Origin: Candidatus Saccharimonadota bacterium
Lineage (GTDB): Bacteria; Patescibacteriota; Gracilibacteria; UBA1369; 2-02-FULL-48-14
Assembly (NCBI GenBank): GCA_041661045.1
Contig: JBAZVE010000001.1
Coordinates: forward strand, 1,140,001-1,172,000
DNA length: 32,000 bases
Reading direction: 5' to 3'
In this document: in pieces, positions 8,643-16,333 of the stretch
How the letters are laid out: each line of letters begins with the position of its first letter
Position numbering within the stretch: position 1 is the first letter of the stretch
Notes under the pieces: model-generated
What the model saw: only the letters and a program-made list of their open reading frames with translations
Databases searched by the model: none
What the model was told of the DNA's origin: nothing
Position numbers and translations under genes: made by a program

Positions 8643-9341
8643 TTATTTTCTGAGCTTCTGCACTCCGCTGAAGGTTGCGTTCCCAACAAAGTCCACTAAG
8701 AAACGGATGGATTTGATGGCATCGTCATTCCCCGGAATCACATAAGCGATTCCATCGGGATCCGCATTGGAATCCACCACAGCAACCACTGTGGATTTCA
8801 TTTTTCGTGCTTCTTGTACGGCAATATGGTCACGAACACAGTCGAGTACAAACACAATGTCCGGGAGTTTTTCCAAGGAAACGACTCCTCCCAGCGCTTT
8901 TTCGAGTTTCTCAATCTCTTTGTTGAGTTGAGACGCTTCTTTTTTGGTGTATTTTTCAAATTCACCGGTTTCCTTTTGCTCCTTGAGCGTTAAAAGGTAC
9001 TTCACACGAGATCGAATGGTCTTGAAGTTGGTGAGCAGTCCAGGAATCCATTTGGATGTTACAAAGGGCATTCCACACTTCTCCGCCACCTGTTGGATGA
9101 GAACAGTGGATTGAGGCTTGGTGCTCACAAAAAGCACCGTTTTCCCCTGAGAAGCTGCGGCTTCCAAGAATTCGGTTGCGGACATAAGACCCTGGTAGGT
9201 CTTATTGAGGTCAAAAATATGCACACCGTTTCTTTTTTCAAAGAGGTAAGGTGCCATTTTAGGGTTCCACTTTGCTGTTTTATGCCCAAAGTGTACGGCA
9301 TTTGCGAGCATCTCTCGCATGAGGGTCTTTTGATCAGACAT
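8643..9341 (-). CDS. rpsB: 30S ribosomal protein S2
   Basis: MSDQKTLMREMLANAVHFGHKTAKWNPKMAPYLFEKRNGVHIFDL and the remaining 232 aa are typical uS2. ATG start. Confidence 0.97.
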   Translation of the reverse strand: MSDQKTLMREMLANAVHFGHKTAKWNPKMAPYLFEKRNGVHIFDLNKTYQGLMSATEFLEAAASQGKTVLFVSTKPQSTVLIQQVAEKCGMPFVTSKWIPGLLTNFKTIRSRVKYLLTLKEQKETGEFEKYTKKEASQLNKEIEKLEKALGGVVSLEKLPDIVFVLDCVRDHIAVQEARKMKSTVVAVVDSNADPDGIAYVIPGNDDAIKSIRFLVDFVGNATFSGVQKLRK

Positions 9342-9446
9342 GATCCTTGGGGTTAATGCCTTTCATCGTCTTTTTTTACCGTGAACCCCCTTAAAAAGGA
9401 GCAGGATGGCAAAATCAGATGAAAAACTTGAATTAAAGACGCAGCG

Positions 9447-9474
9447 ATTATACCTTTAAAAGGCGAACCTGCAA
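9447..9474 (-). promoter_or_regulatory. Sigma70-like promoter TTGCAG-16-TATAAT directed toward rpsB
   Basis: The reverse complement of 9469-9474 is TTGCAG and of 9447-9452 is TATAAT, with a 16-nt spacer. It predicts an rpsB leader of about 100 nt. Confidence 0.4.
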
Positions 9475-9498
9475 GACCTTTTCTTTTTTATCTTTTTG

Positions 9499-9507
9499 TG
9501 ATAGAAT
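9499..9507 (+). promoter_or_regulatory. Extended -10 TGATAGAAT upstream of the kinase-STAS-glycosyltransferase operon
   Basis: tgatagaat at 9499-9507, 21 nt upstream of the ATG at 9529. Confidence 0.35.
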
Positions 9508-9528
9508 ATACAGATGTAATTCAGCTCA

Positions 9529-10125
9529 ATGGATCCTAAGACTCAACAGCTCGAAGAAACCGTGGAACAGGCTCAGGCGGAACTTTCACCCGCAGAGGTG
9601 AAACTGATGCCCCTGGATGAGCGCCCCACGGAAATCACTATTATTATTCCGACTCAAGCCTATTTTCTTTCCGGAATTCGGGATTTTGTGGTGAATCTCA
9701 CTAAAAACTTAACGGGTTTTTCCACCCAATGGGCTTTTCGCTTTCAAGCGGTTGTGGATGAGCTGTGCAACAATGCCATCGAGCATGGAAGCGCGGCCGG
9801 GCAACGGATCACCGTTACGCTCGTCAGCACAAAGAACAAATCTTTGGAAGTGGTGGTGGAAGACACCGGAACAGGTAAAGAAAGAATGACGGCGGAGCAG
9901 CTCACCGCTTTGTACCAAGAACGGAGACAAGTGGTGAATGCCCAATATCTCGGCTTCCGTGGCCGTGGACTGCCTAAAATTGTGGGGGAGTGGACGGATG
10001 AACTTATATTTGAAAATATTCCGACCGGGGGCTTGAGAGTTAAAGTAAAAAAATATTTACGAAAGGAAGAGGACGCGGTATTGTCTTCTCCGGCCAAAAG
10101 CTCCGAGCCTATTACCCTAAAATGA
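9529..10125 (+). CDS. RsbW/SpoIIAB-like anti-sigma-type serine kinase (HATPase_c family)
   Basis: N-box VVDELCNNAIEHGS, G1 box VVVEDTGTG, G2-like GRGLPKI. At 198 aa it has extensions of about 45 aa (N-terminal) and 25 aa (C-terminal) relative to typical 140-160-aa members. Confidence 0.75.
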   Translation: MDPKTQQLEETVEQAQAELSPAEVKLMPLDERPTEITIIIPTQAYFLSGIRDFVVNLTKNLTGFSTQWAFRFQAVVDELCNNAIEHGSAAGQRITVTLVSTKNKSLEVVVEDTGTGKERMTAEQLTALYQERRQVVNAQYLGFRGRGLPKIVGEWTDELIFENIPTGGLRVKVKKYLRKEEDAVLSSPAKSSEPITLK

Positions 10126-10128
10126 TTT

Positions 10129-10500
10129 ATGACTCCTGTACAAATCACCATCGAAGACCTTAGCGGCGCTCCTCAGGGTAAAGTGCTCAAGCTTATCCGC
10201 ATCAGCGGTCAGTTGGACGAAAGCAATGTGGATGAAGAGGCAAAGAAGATCTATAAGGTTATTGAGGAAAATCCTCAGGGCCTCAGTTTGATTTTTGAAT
10301 TCTCTGGTTTGGAGTACATGAACAGTAAATCCATTGGATATTTGACCGACTGGTACAGCAAAATTTCCACCAATGGAGGAAAGCTGGTTTTGGCAGCACC
10401 TCGAGAAAATATCCTCGATATCTTGCAAGTTGTCGGGCTCACTCAATTGGTGAATGCTTATGCTTCTCTTGACGAAGCGAAAGCGGCTGTGATGCAATGA
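10129..10500 (+). CDS. STAS-domain anti-sigma-factor antagonist (SpoIIAA/RsbV-like)
   Basis: Starts 3 nt after the kinase stop. LIFEFSGLEYMNSKSIGYL contains candidate phospho-serines Ser66 and Ser68. GGKLVLAAPRENILDILQVVGLTQLVNAYASLDEA is a typical STAS C-terminus. Confidence 0.8.
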   Translation: MTPVQITIEDLSGAPQGKVLKLIRISGQLDESNVDEEAKKIYKVIEENPQGLSLIFEFSGLEYMNSKSIGYLTDWYSKISTNGGKLVLAAPRENILDILQVVGLTQLVNAYASLDEAKAAVMQ

Positions 10501-10504
10501 GACC

Positions 10505-11620
10505 GTGGATAAATTGAAGATTGCAATTGTTTGTGATTGGCTCACGGTCTTTGCCGGTGCGGAGCGCGTGGTTTTGGAAATGCATCAGCTTTTCCCCAAC
10601 GCCGTGATCTTTACCTCTCTGTACAATAAGAAGGCTTTTCCCGGCTTGGCGAATGCGGAGGTGCGGGAATCGATTTTGCGTTTGATTCCGTTTGCGCGCC
10701 ACTTTCATCGCCTTTTCCTCCCGTGGATGCCTTTGGTTTTTGAGCGCATGGATTTGAGCGGGTTTGATTTGGTGATTTCTTCGAGCCATTCCGCGGCCAA
10801 GGGTATTGTCACCAAGCCCGAAACTTTGCATGTGTGCTACTGCCATTCTCCGATGCGTTATGTGTGGGATCAGTCTCATCGCTACCAAAATCAATTTCGA
10901 TCTTTTTCGAGTCTCCGATTTTTAACTCAACCGATTTTACATCGCATTCGGTTGTGGGACAGGGTTGCGGCGGATCGGGTGGATCGCTTCATCAGCAATT
11001 CCGCATACATCGCGGCGCGCATTCAAAAATACTATAAGCGAGAGAGTACGGTGATTCACCCTCCGGTGGATTTGGGAACTTTTTCCCTTGGAAAGGAGCA
11101 TGGAGAAGCTTACTTGGCGGTGGGCCGCCTGATTCCTTATAAGCGCTTTGATTTGGTGATTGATGCCGCGAAAAAAACGGGGATTCGTCTTCAGATTGTG
11201 GGAGAGGGGCCGGAGCTGGCGAAATTGAAACGGCGGGCCAAGGGTGCCGACATTGAGTTTCTTGGAAAAATTTCCGATAGTGAACTACGAAGGGTTTACC
11301 AAAACGCCAAGGCGCTTATTTTTCCGCAACAAGAAGATTTTGGAATTGTTCCGCTGGAATCCATGGCTTGTGGAACACCGGTGCTTGCCTACAAGGCCGG
11401 GGGAGCCTTGGAGACGGTTCAGGAAGGGGTTTCCGGACTCTTTTTTGAAGAACAGACTTCGGAATCCCTGGTTAAGGCTATTCGAAAGTTTGAGAAAAAG
11501 GAGTGGGATCCATCCACGGTTGCGAAGAGTGTTCAAGACTTTTCCTCTTCCCGTTTTCGCACGGAGCTCCTGCACTTTTTGGAGAGTGCTTGGAAAGAGT
11601 ATGAAGCTATGTTAAGGTAG
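10505..11620 (+). CDS. Family 4 glycosyltransferase
   Basis: GTG start 4 nt after the STAS stop. N-terminus KIAIVCDWLTVFAGAERVVLEMHQLFP. Glycos_transf_1 signature LIFPQQEDFGIVPLESMACGTPVLAYKAGGALETV. Confidence 0.85.
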   Translation: MDKLKIAIVCDWLTVFAGAERVVLEMHQLFPNAVIFTSLYNKKAFPGLANAEVRESILRLIPFARHFHRLFLPWMPLVFERMDLSGFDLVISSSHSAAKGIVTKPETLHVCYCHSPMRYVWDQSHRYQNQFRSFSSLRFLTQPILHRIRLWDRVAADRVDRFISNSAYIAARIQKYYKRESTVIHPPVDLGTFSLGKEHGEAYLAVGRLIPYKRFDLVIDAAKKTGIRLQIVGEGPELAKLKRRAKGADIEFLGKISDSELRRVYQNAKALIFPQQEDFGIVPLESMACGTPVLAYKAGGALETVQEGVSGLFFEEQTSESLVKAIRKFEKKEWDPSTVAKSVQDFSSSRFRTELLHFLESAWKEYEAMLR

Positions 11621-11624
11621 ATTT

Positions 11625-12203
11625 ATGAAATTTCGCAGGATTTATTTTTGGATTTTGGGCTTGGTCTTTGTGCTTTCTTTGGCCGGGTCCGCTTTGTATT
11701 TCCAAAATCAAGAGGCTCCCAATAAAGTTTTGGCTTTTGTGACGGTGGGCATCGATCAAACGCAGCGGCCCAATGAAACTTCTTCTTATGAACTTCAACG
11801 AGCCGCGGAACACTTTTCGGATACTTTACTGGGATGGACGCTAGAGCCTCATTTTAGAGCTGAATTTTTGGCCGTCGCCGGGGAAGGCTACAATCTAATG
11901 GGGCAGCGGCAAGAAAAACAAAATCTTCTTTTTGAAATCACACGATCCGGTGAGAATATCGCTGAAAACGATTTGAGCGCCGGTGATGCTTTTTTGAGAG
12001 TTTTGCATGAACAGCTCAATGGATACAACGCCGAGACGCATCAAGGTTTTGTTTTGGCGGTGGAACATCTTTCTTATATTGATGGGGTGCAATCCAAGTT
12101 TCCTATTGTGGGATCCGTGCTCTTTTGGTTCGGTTTGACCGCACTTTGTTTGTTTGCTTTTGAATATGCTTCGACTCGCCGTAGATCTTCGTCCGCTGCT
12201 TGA
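11625..12203 (+). CDS. Bitopic membrane protein with one TM helix at each end (Wzz/chain-length-determinant-like topology; function unknown)
   Basis: N-terminal TM IYFWILGLVFVLSLAGSALYF, a soluble middle of about 130 aa, and C-terminal TM IVGSVLFWFGLTALCLFAF. It is packed between two glycosyltransferases. No sequence motif recognised. Confidence 0.5.
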   Translation: MKFRRIYFWILGLVFVLSLAGSALYFQNQEAPNKVLAFVTVGIDQTQRPNETSSYELQRAAEHFSDTLLGWTLEPHFRAEFLAVAGEGYNLMGQRQEKQNLLFEITRSGENIAENDLSAGDAFLRVLHEQLNGYNAETHQGFVLAVEHLSYIDGVQSKFPIVGSVLFWFGLTALCLFAFEYASTRRRSSSAA

Positions 12204-13254
12204 ACCTTTTGAAAGCGGAGTGACCCAATACACCAAAGCCTTGGTTCGTGAGTTTTTGAAGCGGCCGGAGGATTTGAGTTTGGATCTTTTCTATCAAGCC
12301 CGCCAAAGAAAAGAATCCATTCATGCTCTTTTCCCAGAAGTTCGGCACCTGCCGCTTTCCAATACCCGTTTTCACTTGCGCTGCCTTTTGGGCTTTCCCC
12401 CATTGCCGGCGGATTTTTTTGAAGAGAAGCCGGATCTTATTTGGATTCCGGATCGGCGACCGTTTTACAGGTCTTCAACTCCGGTGGTCATGACGATTCA
12501 TGATCGTGTGCCGGAGCTTTTTTCAAACACGCTCTCTTTTAAAAGCCGTTTGTGGCATTTTCTTTTCCCGTTGAAACGACTCCTCACTTTGTGCGATGGC
12601 GTTTTGACCCCTTCCCTTACGGTTGCTCAGTCGCTTAAGCTCAAAATCCCCAAAGCCGTTTCGTACGAGGGGGCTTCTTTGGCCGCGGCGGGGGTGAAAA
12701 AACTTCACAAGGGGCCTTTTTTTCTGATGATCAGTCCCTCGGATCCCCGCAAACGGCTTGAATGGTGTGCTCGAGCGGCGGTGCGCTTCCCAAAGATTTC
12801 TTTCGTTGTGTTGGGTTTGAAAGCAGGAGAGGCCCGTTTCGCAAAACTCAAGATTCAAGCGCGCCCCAATCTCTTTCTTTTGGGGGAGGTTAGTGAAGAA
12901 GAAAAGGCTTGGTTTTTACGCCACGCGACCGCGCTTTTGGCCTTGAGTCGTTATGAGGGCTTTGACCTCCCTGTGCTCGAAGCCGTTCGCGCCAAATGCC
13001 CTGTGATCCTGAGTGATATTTCCGTGCATCGGGAACTTTATAAAAACGCATGCTTCGTCAAAACCCCTGAAGATCTGGATCTCGGGCTCTTTAGAGCGCT
13101 GCAAGGAAATGTTCCCGTGCCGCAGCCGCGAGGGACTTATTCGTGGGAGAAGGCGGCGGAGCGCAGCTTACTTTTTTTTCTCCGCGTACTCCTTAACGAA
13201 AATCGAAAGCGTGGTGGCCACCGGAATCGCCATGATCATCCCCACGATTCCTAG
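12166..13254 (+). CDS. Family 4 glycosyltransferase
   Basis: The track start at 12154 is a TTG. The ATG at 12166 gives MLRLAVDLRPLLEPFESGVTQYTKAL. Signature LALSRYEGFDLPVLEAVRAKCPVILSDISVHRELY. The 3' end overlaps the convergent AI-2E gene by 87 nt. Confidence 0.8.
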   Translation: MLRLAVDLRPLLEPFESGVTQYTKALVREFLKRPEDLSLDLFYQARQRKESIHALFPEVRHLPLSNTRFHLRCLLGFPPLPADFFEEKPDLIWIPDRRPFYRSSTPVVMTIHDRVPELFSNTLSFKSRLWHFLFPLKRLLTLCDGVLTPSLTVAQSLKLKIPKAVSYEGASLAAAGVKKLHKGPFFLMISPSDPRKRLEWCARAAVRFPKISFVVLGLKAGEARFAKLKIQARPNLFLLGEVSEEEKAWFLRHATALLALSRYEGFDLPVLEAVRAKCPVILSDISVHRELYKNACFVKTPEDLDLGLFRALQGNVPVPQPRGTYSWEKAAERSLLFFLRVLLNENRKRGGHRNRHDHPHDS

Positions 13255-14379
13255 TTTTTCCAAGCCGATCATCATGGCTAAAATGATGATGATGGGGCTG
13301 AGTCCCACGGCTTTTCGCATGACGGCCGGCACCAAAATGTTGCCTTCAATTTGTTGTAGAAAAATAATGAGTCCCAAGACCCAAAGGGCCAGCCAAGGGG
13401 ATTCGTTGAAACCCACTAAAACGGCAGGGATTCCCGCTCCAATCGGACCCACCACGGGGAGAAGTTCCGCAATTCCCGTCATCATGGCCAGGGTCAGGGC
13501 GTTGTCGATGCCCAAAATGAGCAGACCAATGAGGCTGAGTGTAAACATGAGGAACATCAAAATGATTTGGCCGCGGAGCCAGTATCCAATTTTTTCTTGA
13601 ATAGCTTCGATTTTTCCCACAATGTAGGCCCCGTGTTTGGAGGGAAAAAGGGAGATGAAAAAGGCGTTTACATTTTTTCCATTCACCACCAAGAAGAAGG
13701 TCAAAATGAGCACCAATACAAAGTTGAAGATTCCGTTGAAGATGGTTTTAATAACTCCAAAAGTGTCTCCGGCGAGCACCTGCAGTTGCCCGGCAAAGCC
13801 CTCCAAGGAAGCCTTGAGCTGATTCACCAAGGTCTCCCGATCCACTTGTTCCATTAAATCTTGCAACATGGGTTCCAATCGGTCTCCAAAAGGAATATCG
13901 ATTTCGCCGGCCGCGACTTTGTTGATCAAGCTGGATAAGCTTTTGGCCAATTCAATGAGCTGAGTGGCCACAAGCGGTATGAGCTGAGAAACGAAAAACC
14001 CAAGGATTACAAGTAAAATCAGAAAAATTCCGAGCACGCTGACGGCCCTTGGGATTTTATATTTTTGTAGAGAATTTACGGTTGGGGTGAGGGCCGCGGA
14101 GAACAAAATGGCAATAAAGAAAGTGAGCAGAATAGGGGCGATGTCTCCCAAAAATTGACTGAGCGCAATCAAGGCGATGATCACAATGGTGGCTTTGGCG
14201 ACGCTGAGTAAGGAAAAGTGAATGAGCAGTTCCTCCTTCTTTTCCGTTCTTTCCGAACGAACGGGGAGTTCGATTTTTTGGCTTTCTTTTCGCTCTTCCT
14301 TCAGCTGTTGAAGTGTTTTCCTCAAATGCTTTAAATTGTCCGTGGTGCTTTGGATGAATTTATTGAGGCGATCGGCCAT
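13168..14379 (-). CDS. AI-2E family transporter (PerM/UPF0118)
   Basis: The C-terminal region IFLQQIEGNILVPAVMRKAVGLSPIIIILAMMIGLEKLGIVGMIMAIPVATTL is characteristic of the family. There are about 8 TM segments and an N-terminal charged cytoplasmic region of about 60 aa. Confidence 0.9.
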   Translation of the reverse strand: MADRLNKFIQSTTDNLKHLRKTLQQLKEERKESQKIELPVRSERTEKKEELLIHFSLLSVAKATIVIIALIALSQFLGDIAPILLTFFIAILFSAALTPTVNSLQKYKIPRAVSVLGIFLILLVILGFFVSQLIPLVATQLIELAKSLSSLINKVAAGEIDIPFGDRLEPMLQDLMEQVDRETLVNQLKASLEGFAGQLQVLAGDTFGVIKTIFNGIFNFVLVLILTFFLVVNGKNVNAFFISLFPSKHGAYIVGKIEAIQEKIGYWLRGQIILMFLMFTLSLIGLLILGIDNALTLAMMTGIAELLPVVGPIGAGIPAVLVGFNESPWLALWVLGLIIFLQQIEGNILVPAVMRKAVGLSPIIIILAMMIGLEKLGIVGMIMAIPVATTLSIFVKEYAEKKK

Positions 14380-14380
14380 A

Positions 14381-14881
14381 TCAACTGGTTAAAGCAAGTA
14401 AAATAATGTTGGTGATGATCCAAGAAGAAAGAACAAGAACAAATCCACCGAGGGCATAGGAGATGATGGTTTTTCCCTTTTCTTTATCCTCCGTCACTCC
14501 TCCTATCACATAAAAATACGCGCCCACCACAATCATACCCACCACCAAAAGCCCCATCAGTTCAATCAAAAACTCGATGATAAAGATCACATAATACGGC
14601 ACCATCCAAAACTGAATTTCGCCGGATTTGAGCGCACAGCCGAGTATCGCTTGGATTCCGGCTTTTGTGGTCGTATCTAGTTCCGCTTTGATGGTGTTTG
14701 GATCTTGCTCAAACAAATCTCCCCAGTACTCCCCCCAGTCGGCGGAGCTTGGATCACAGTTTGCGTAAGTTCCATCGGGTGATGGTAAAAGCCCATTGTT
14801 TGCAAGGGCGGAGCCGGCGGGCACGATTAAAAGCGCGAGTACCGTCAGGAATCCTATGAATATTTTTTTGAGCGAAGGCAT
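14381..14881 (-). CDS. Secreted/membrane protein with a TrbC/VirB2-type pilin-like layout (tentative)
   Basis: Signal peptide ending in SALA. A ~60-aa domain with two Cys follows, then two long hydrophobic helices separated by the charged loop TEDKEKGKT. The call rests on topology only. The stop lies 1 nt from the AI-2E start. Confidence 0.4.
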   Translation of the reverse strand: MPSLKKIFIGFLTVLALLIVPAGSALANNGLLPSPDGTYANCDPSSADWGEYWGDLFEQDPNTIKAELDTTTKAGIQAILGCALKSGEIQFWMVPYYVIFIIEFLIELMGLLVVGMIVVGAYFYVIGGVTEDKEKGKTIISYALGGFVLVLSSWIITNIILLALTS

Positions 14882-14962
14882 GGATTGAGGTTCGTGGCTG
14901 TGCTCAGCCTACGCCAGGCTTTGGTCTCCCTGCAAGTCCATCTTGAGATTCCCATCTGAATT

Positions 14963-14971
14963 TGCTAGTAT
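14963..14971 (+). promoter_or_regulatory. Extended -10 TGCTAGTAT upstream of der
   Basis: tgctagtat at 14963-14971, 21 nt upstream of the ATG at 14993. This is the same spacing as the 9499 element. Confidence 0.35.
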
Positions 14972-14992
14972 GGGGAGTACTGCTTAAGAAAT

Positions 14993-16333
14993 ATGTCTGC
15001 AATTATTGCTATCGTTGGCCGTCCAAATGTAGGTAAATCTACGCTTTTTAACCGACTCGTCGGAAGACGGCGGGCGATTGAATCGGATGTTCCCGGAACC
15101 ACGCGTGATCGACTGTACGATACCGTGGACATTGAGGGCTACCGTGTTTTGTTGGTGGATACCGGTGGAATTGAGACCAAAGCCGGAACCGATATTGAGG
15201 CCAATGTGCAGGAACAATCCAAAACCGCCATCGAGGGTGCGGATATGATTTTGTTTATGGTGGATGTCCGAGAGGAGCTCACCGGTGAAGATTTTCATGC
15301 GGCAACGCTTCTTCGAAAATCCAAGAAGCCCGTTGTTTTGGTGGCAAACAAATGTGACAACCCTAAGTTTGAAGAGCTGCGATTCAATTTATTTGAACTT
15401 GGATTTGGGGAACCCATCGCCCTCACGGCGCTGCATTCTTTTGGAATCGATGAACTCGAAAGCCGCATTGGGGATGAACTTAAAGCGATCGGGGCTGAGA
15501 AAGGAGTGCCTGAGCGAAGCGATGAAGACCGTATTCACATTGCCTTTTTGGGCCGTCCCAATGTGGGCAAATCCACTTTGGTGAACGCACTTTTTGGTAA
15601 AAAAATGGTGGTGGTTTCCGATGTCCCTGGCACCACTCGAGATTCCACAGAAATTCCCTTTGAATACAAGGACACTGCCTTTACTCTCATTGATACCGCC
15701 GGGATTCGTCGACGGGGAAAGATTGAACGGGGTATTGAGCAGTACAGTATTTTGAGGTCCATGCAATCGGTTTCGCAAGCGGACATTTGTGTGCTGCTTT
15801 TGGATGCGGTGGAAGGGGTCACCAAACAGGACTGCCATATTAGTGAGCGGGTTCTTGAAGAGCGAAAGGGCTTGATCTTGGTGGTGAATAAAATCGATCT
15901 CTTTAAAGATAAAGAACGAGAAGATCGGGAACACATGCTGGTCCACGAACTTCAACACTCCATGGCGTATTTGCCGTGGGCTCCGGTTATTTTTGCTTCG
16001 GGGCTTGAACGAAGAAATATTTTTCAAATCCTTGAGTTGGCCATGCAAATCGCGGAAGAACGAAAACGGGTGATTCCGGAACAGGATCTTCGTGTTTGGC
16101 TCAATCAAGCGCTCAAAAAACATCCGCCCAAAGGATCCCGAGGGAAGGCTCGCTTTGCGGTGCTTTCCGTGGAACAAGTGGATGCCATTCCTCCCACCTT
16201 TGTCTTTTACTGCCAATGGCCTGAGATCATGCACTTTTCTTACGGTCGTTATTTGGAAAATGAACTGCGTGCGCAGTTTGGCCTCAATGGAACCAGCATA
16301 CGAATGATCTTTAGAAAGCCTGGAGAGCGCTGA
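14993..16333 (+). CDS. der: Ribosome-associated GTPase Der (EngA), tandem GTPase domains plus KH-like C-terminus
   Basis: Two P-loops (GRPNVGKSTLFN and GRPNVGKSTLVN), DTGG/DTAG motifs and NKCD/NKID motifs. Length 446 aa. Confidence 0.96.
   Translation: MSAIIAIVGRPNVGKSTLFNRLVGRRRAIESDVPGTTRDRLYDTVDIEGYRVLLVDTGGIETKAGTDIEANVQEQSKTAIEGADMILFMVDVREELTGEDFHAATLLRKSKKPVVLVANKCDNPKFEELRFNLFELGFGEPIALTALHSFGIDELESRIGDELKAIGAEKGVPERSDEDRIHIAFLGRPNVGKSTLVNALFGKKMVVVSDVPGTTRDSTEIPFEYKDTAFTLIDTAGIRRRGKIERGIEQYSILRSMQSVSQADICVLLLDAVEGVTKQDCHISERVLEERKGLILVVNKIDLFKDKEREDREHMLVHELQHSMAYLPWAPVIFASGLERRNIFQILELAMQIAEERKRVIPEQDLRVWLNQALKKHPPKGSRGKARFAVLSVEQVDAIPPTFVFYCQWPEIMHFSYGRYLENELRAQFGLNGTSIRMIFRKPGER

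Noticed and set aside
9406-9459. 17-codon micro-ORF (MAKSDEKLELKTQRLYL) preceded by AAGGAG, in the rpsB/kinase divergent region
   Set aside because: The SD-like match is striking in a genome with little SD signal. However, the ORF lies antisense to the predicted rpsB promoter and leader. It has no plus-strand promoter upstream other than inside rpsB, and it is short enough to arise by chance.
15389-16234. Long antisense ORFs inside confidently identified genes: 15389..16234 in der, 30003..30881 in tyrS, 17366..17965 in uvrC, 24094..24603 in obg, 9744..10151 and 10439..10894 in the kinase/STAS/GT4 region, and 2923..3501 in MFS-HEAT
   Set aside because: Each is fully embedded opposite a gene with strong family motifs. 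The products are compositionally odd (Arg/Ser/His/Phe-rich), with no motifs or sensible starts.
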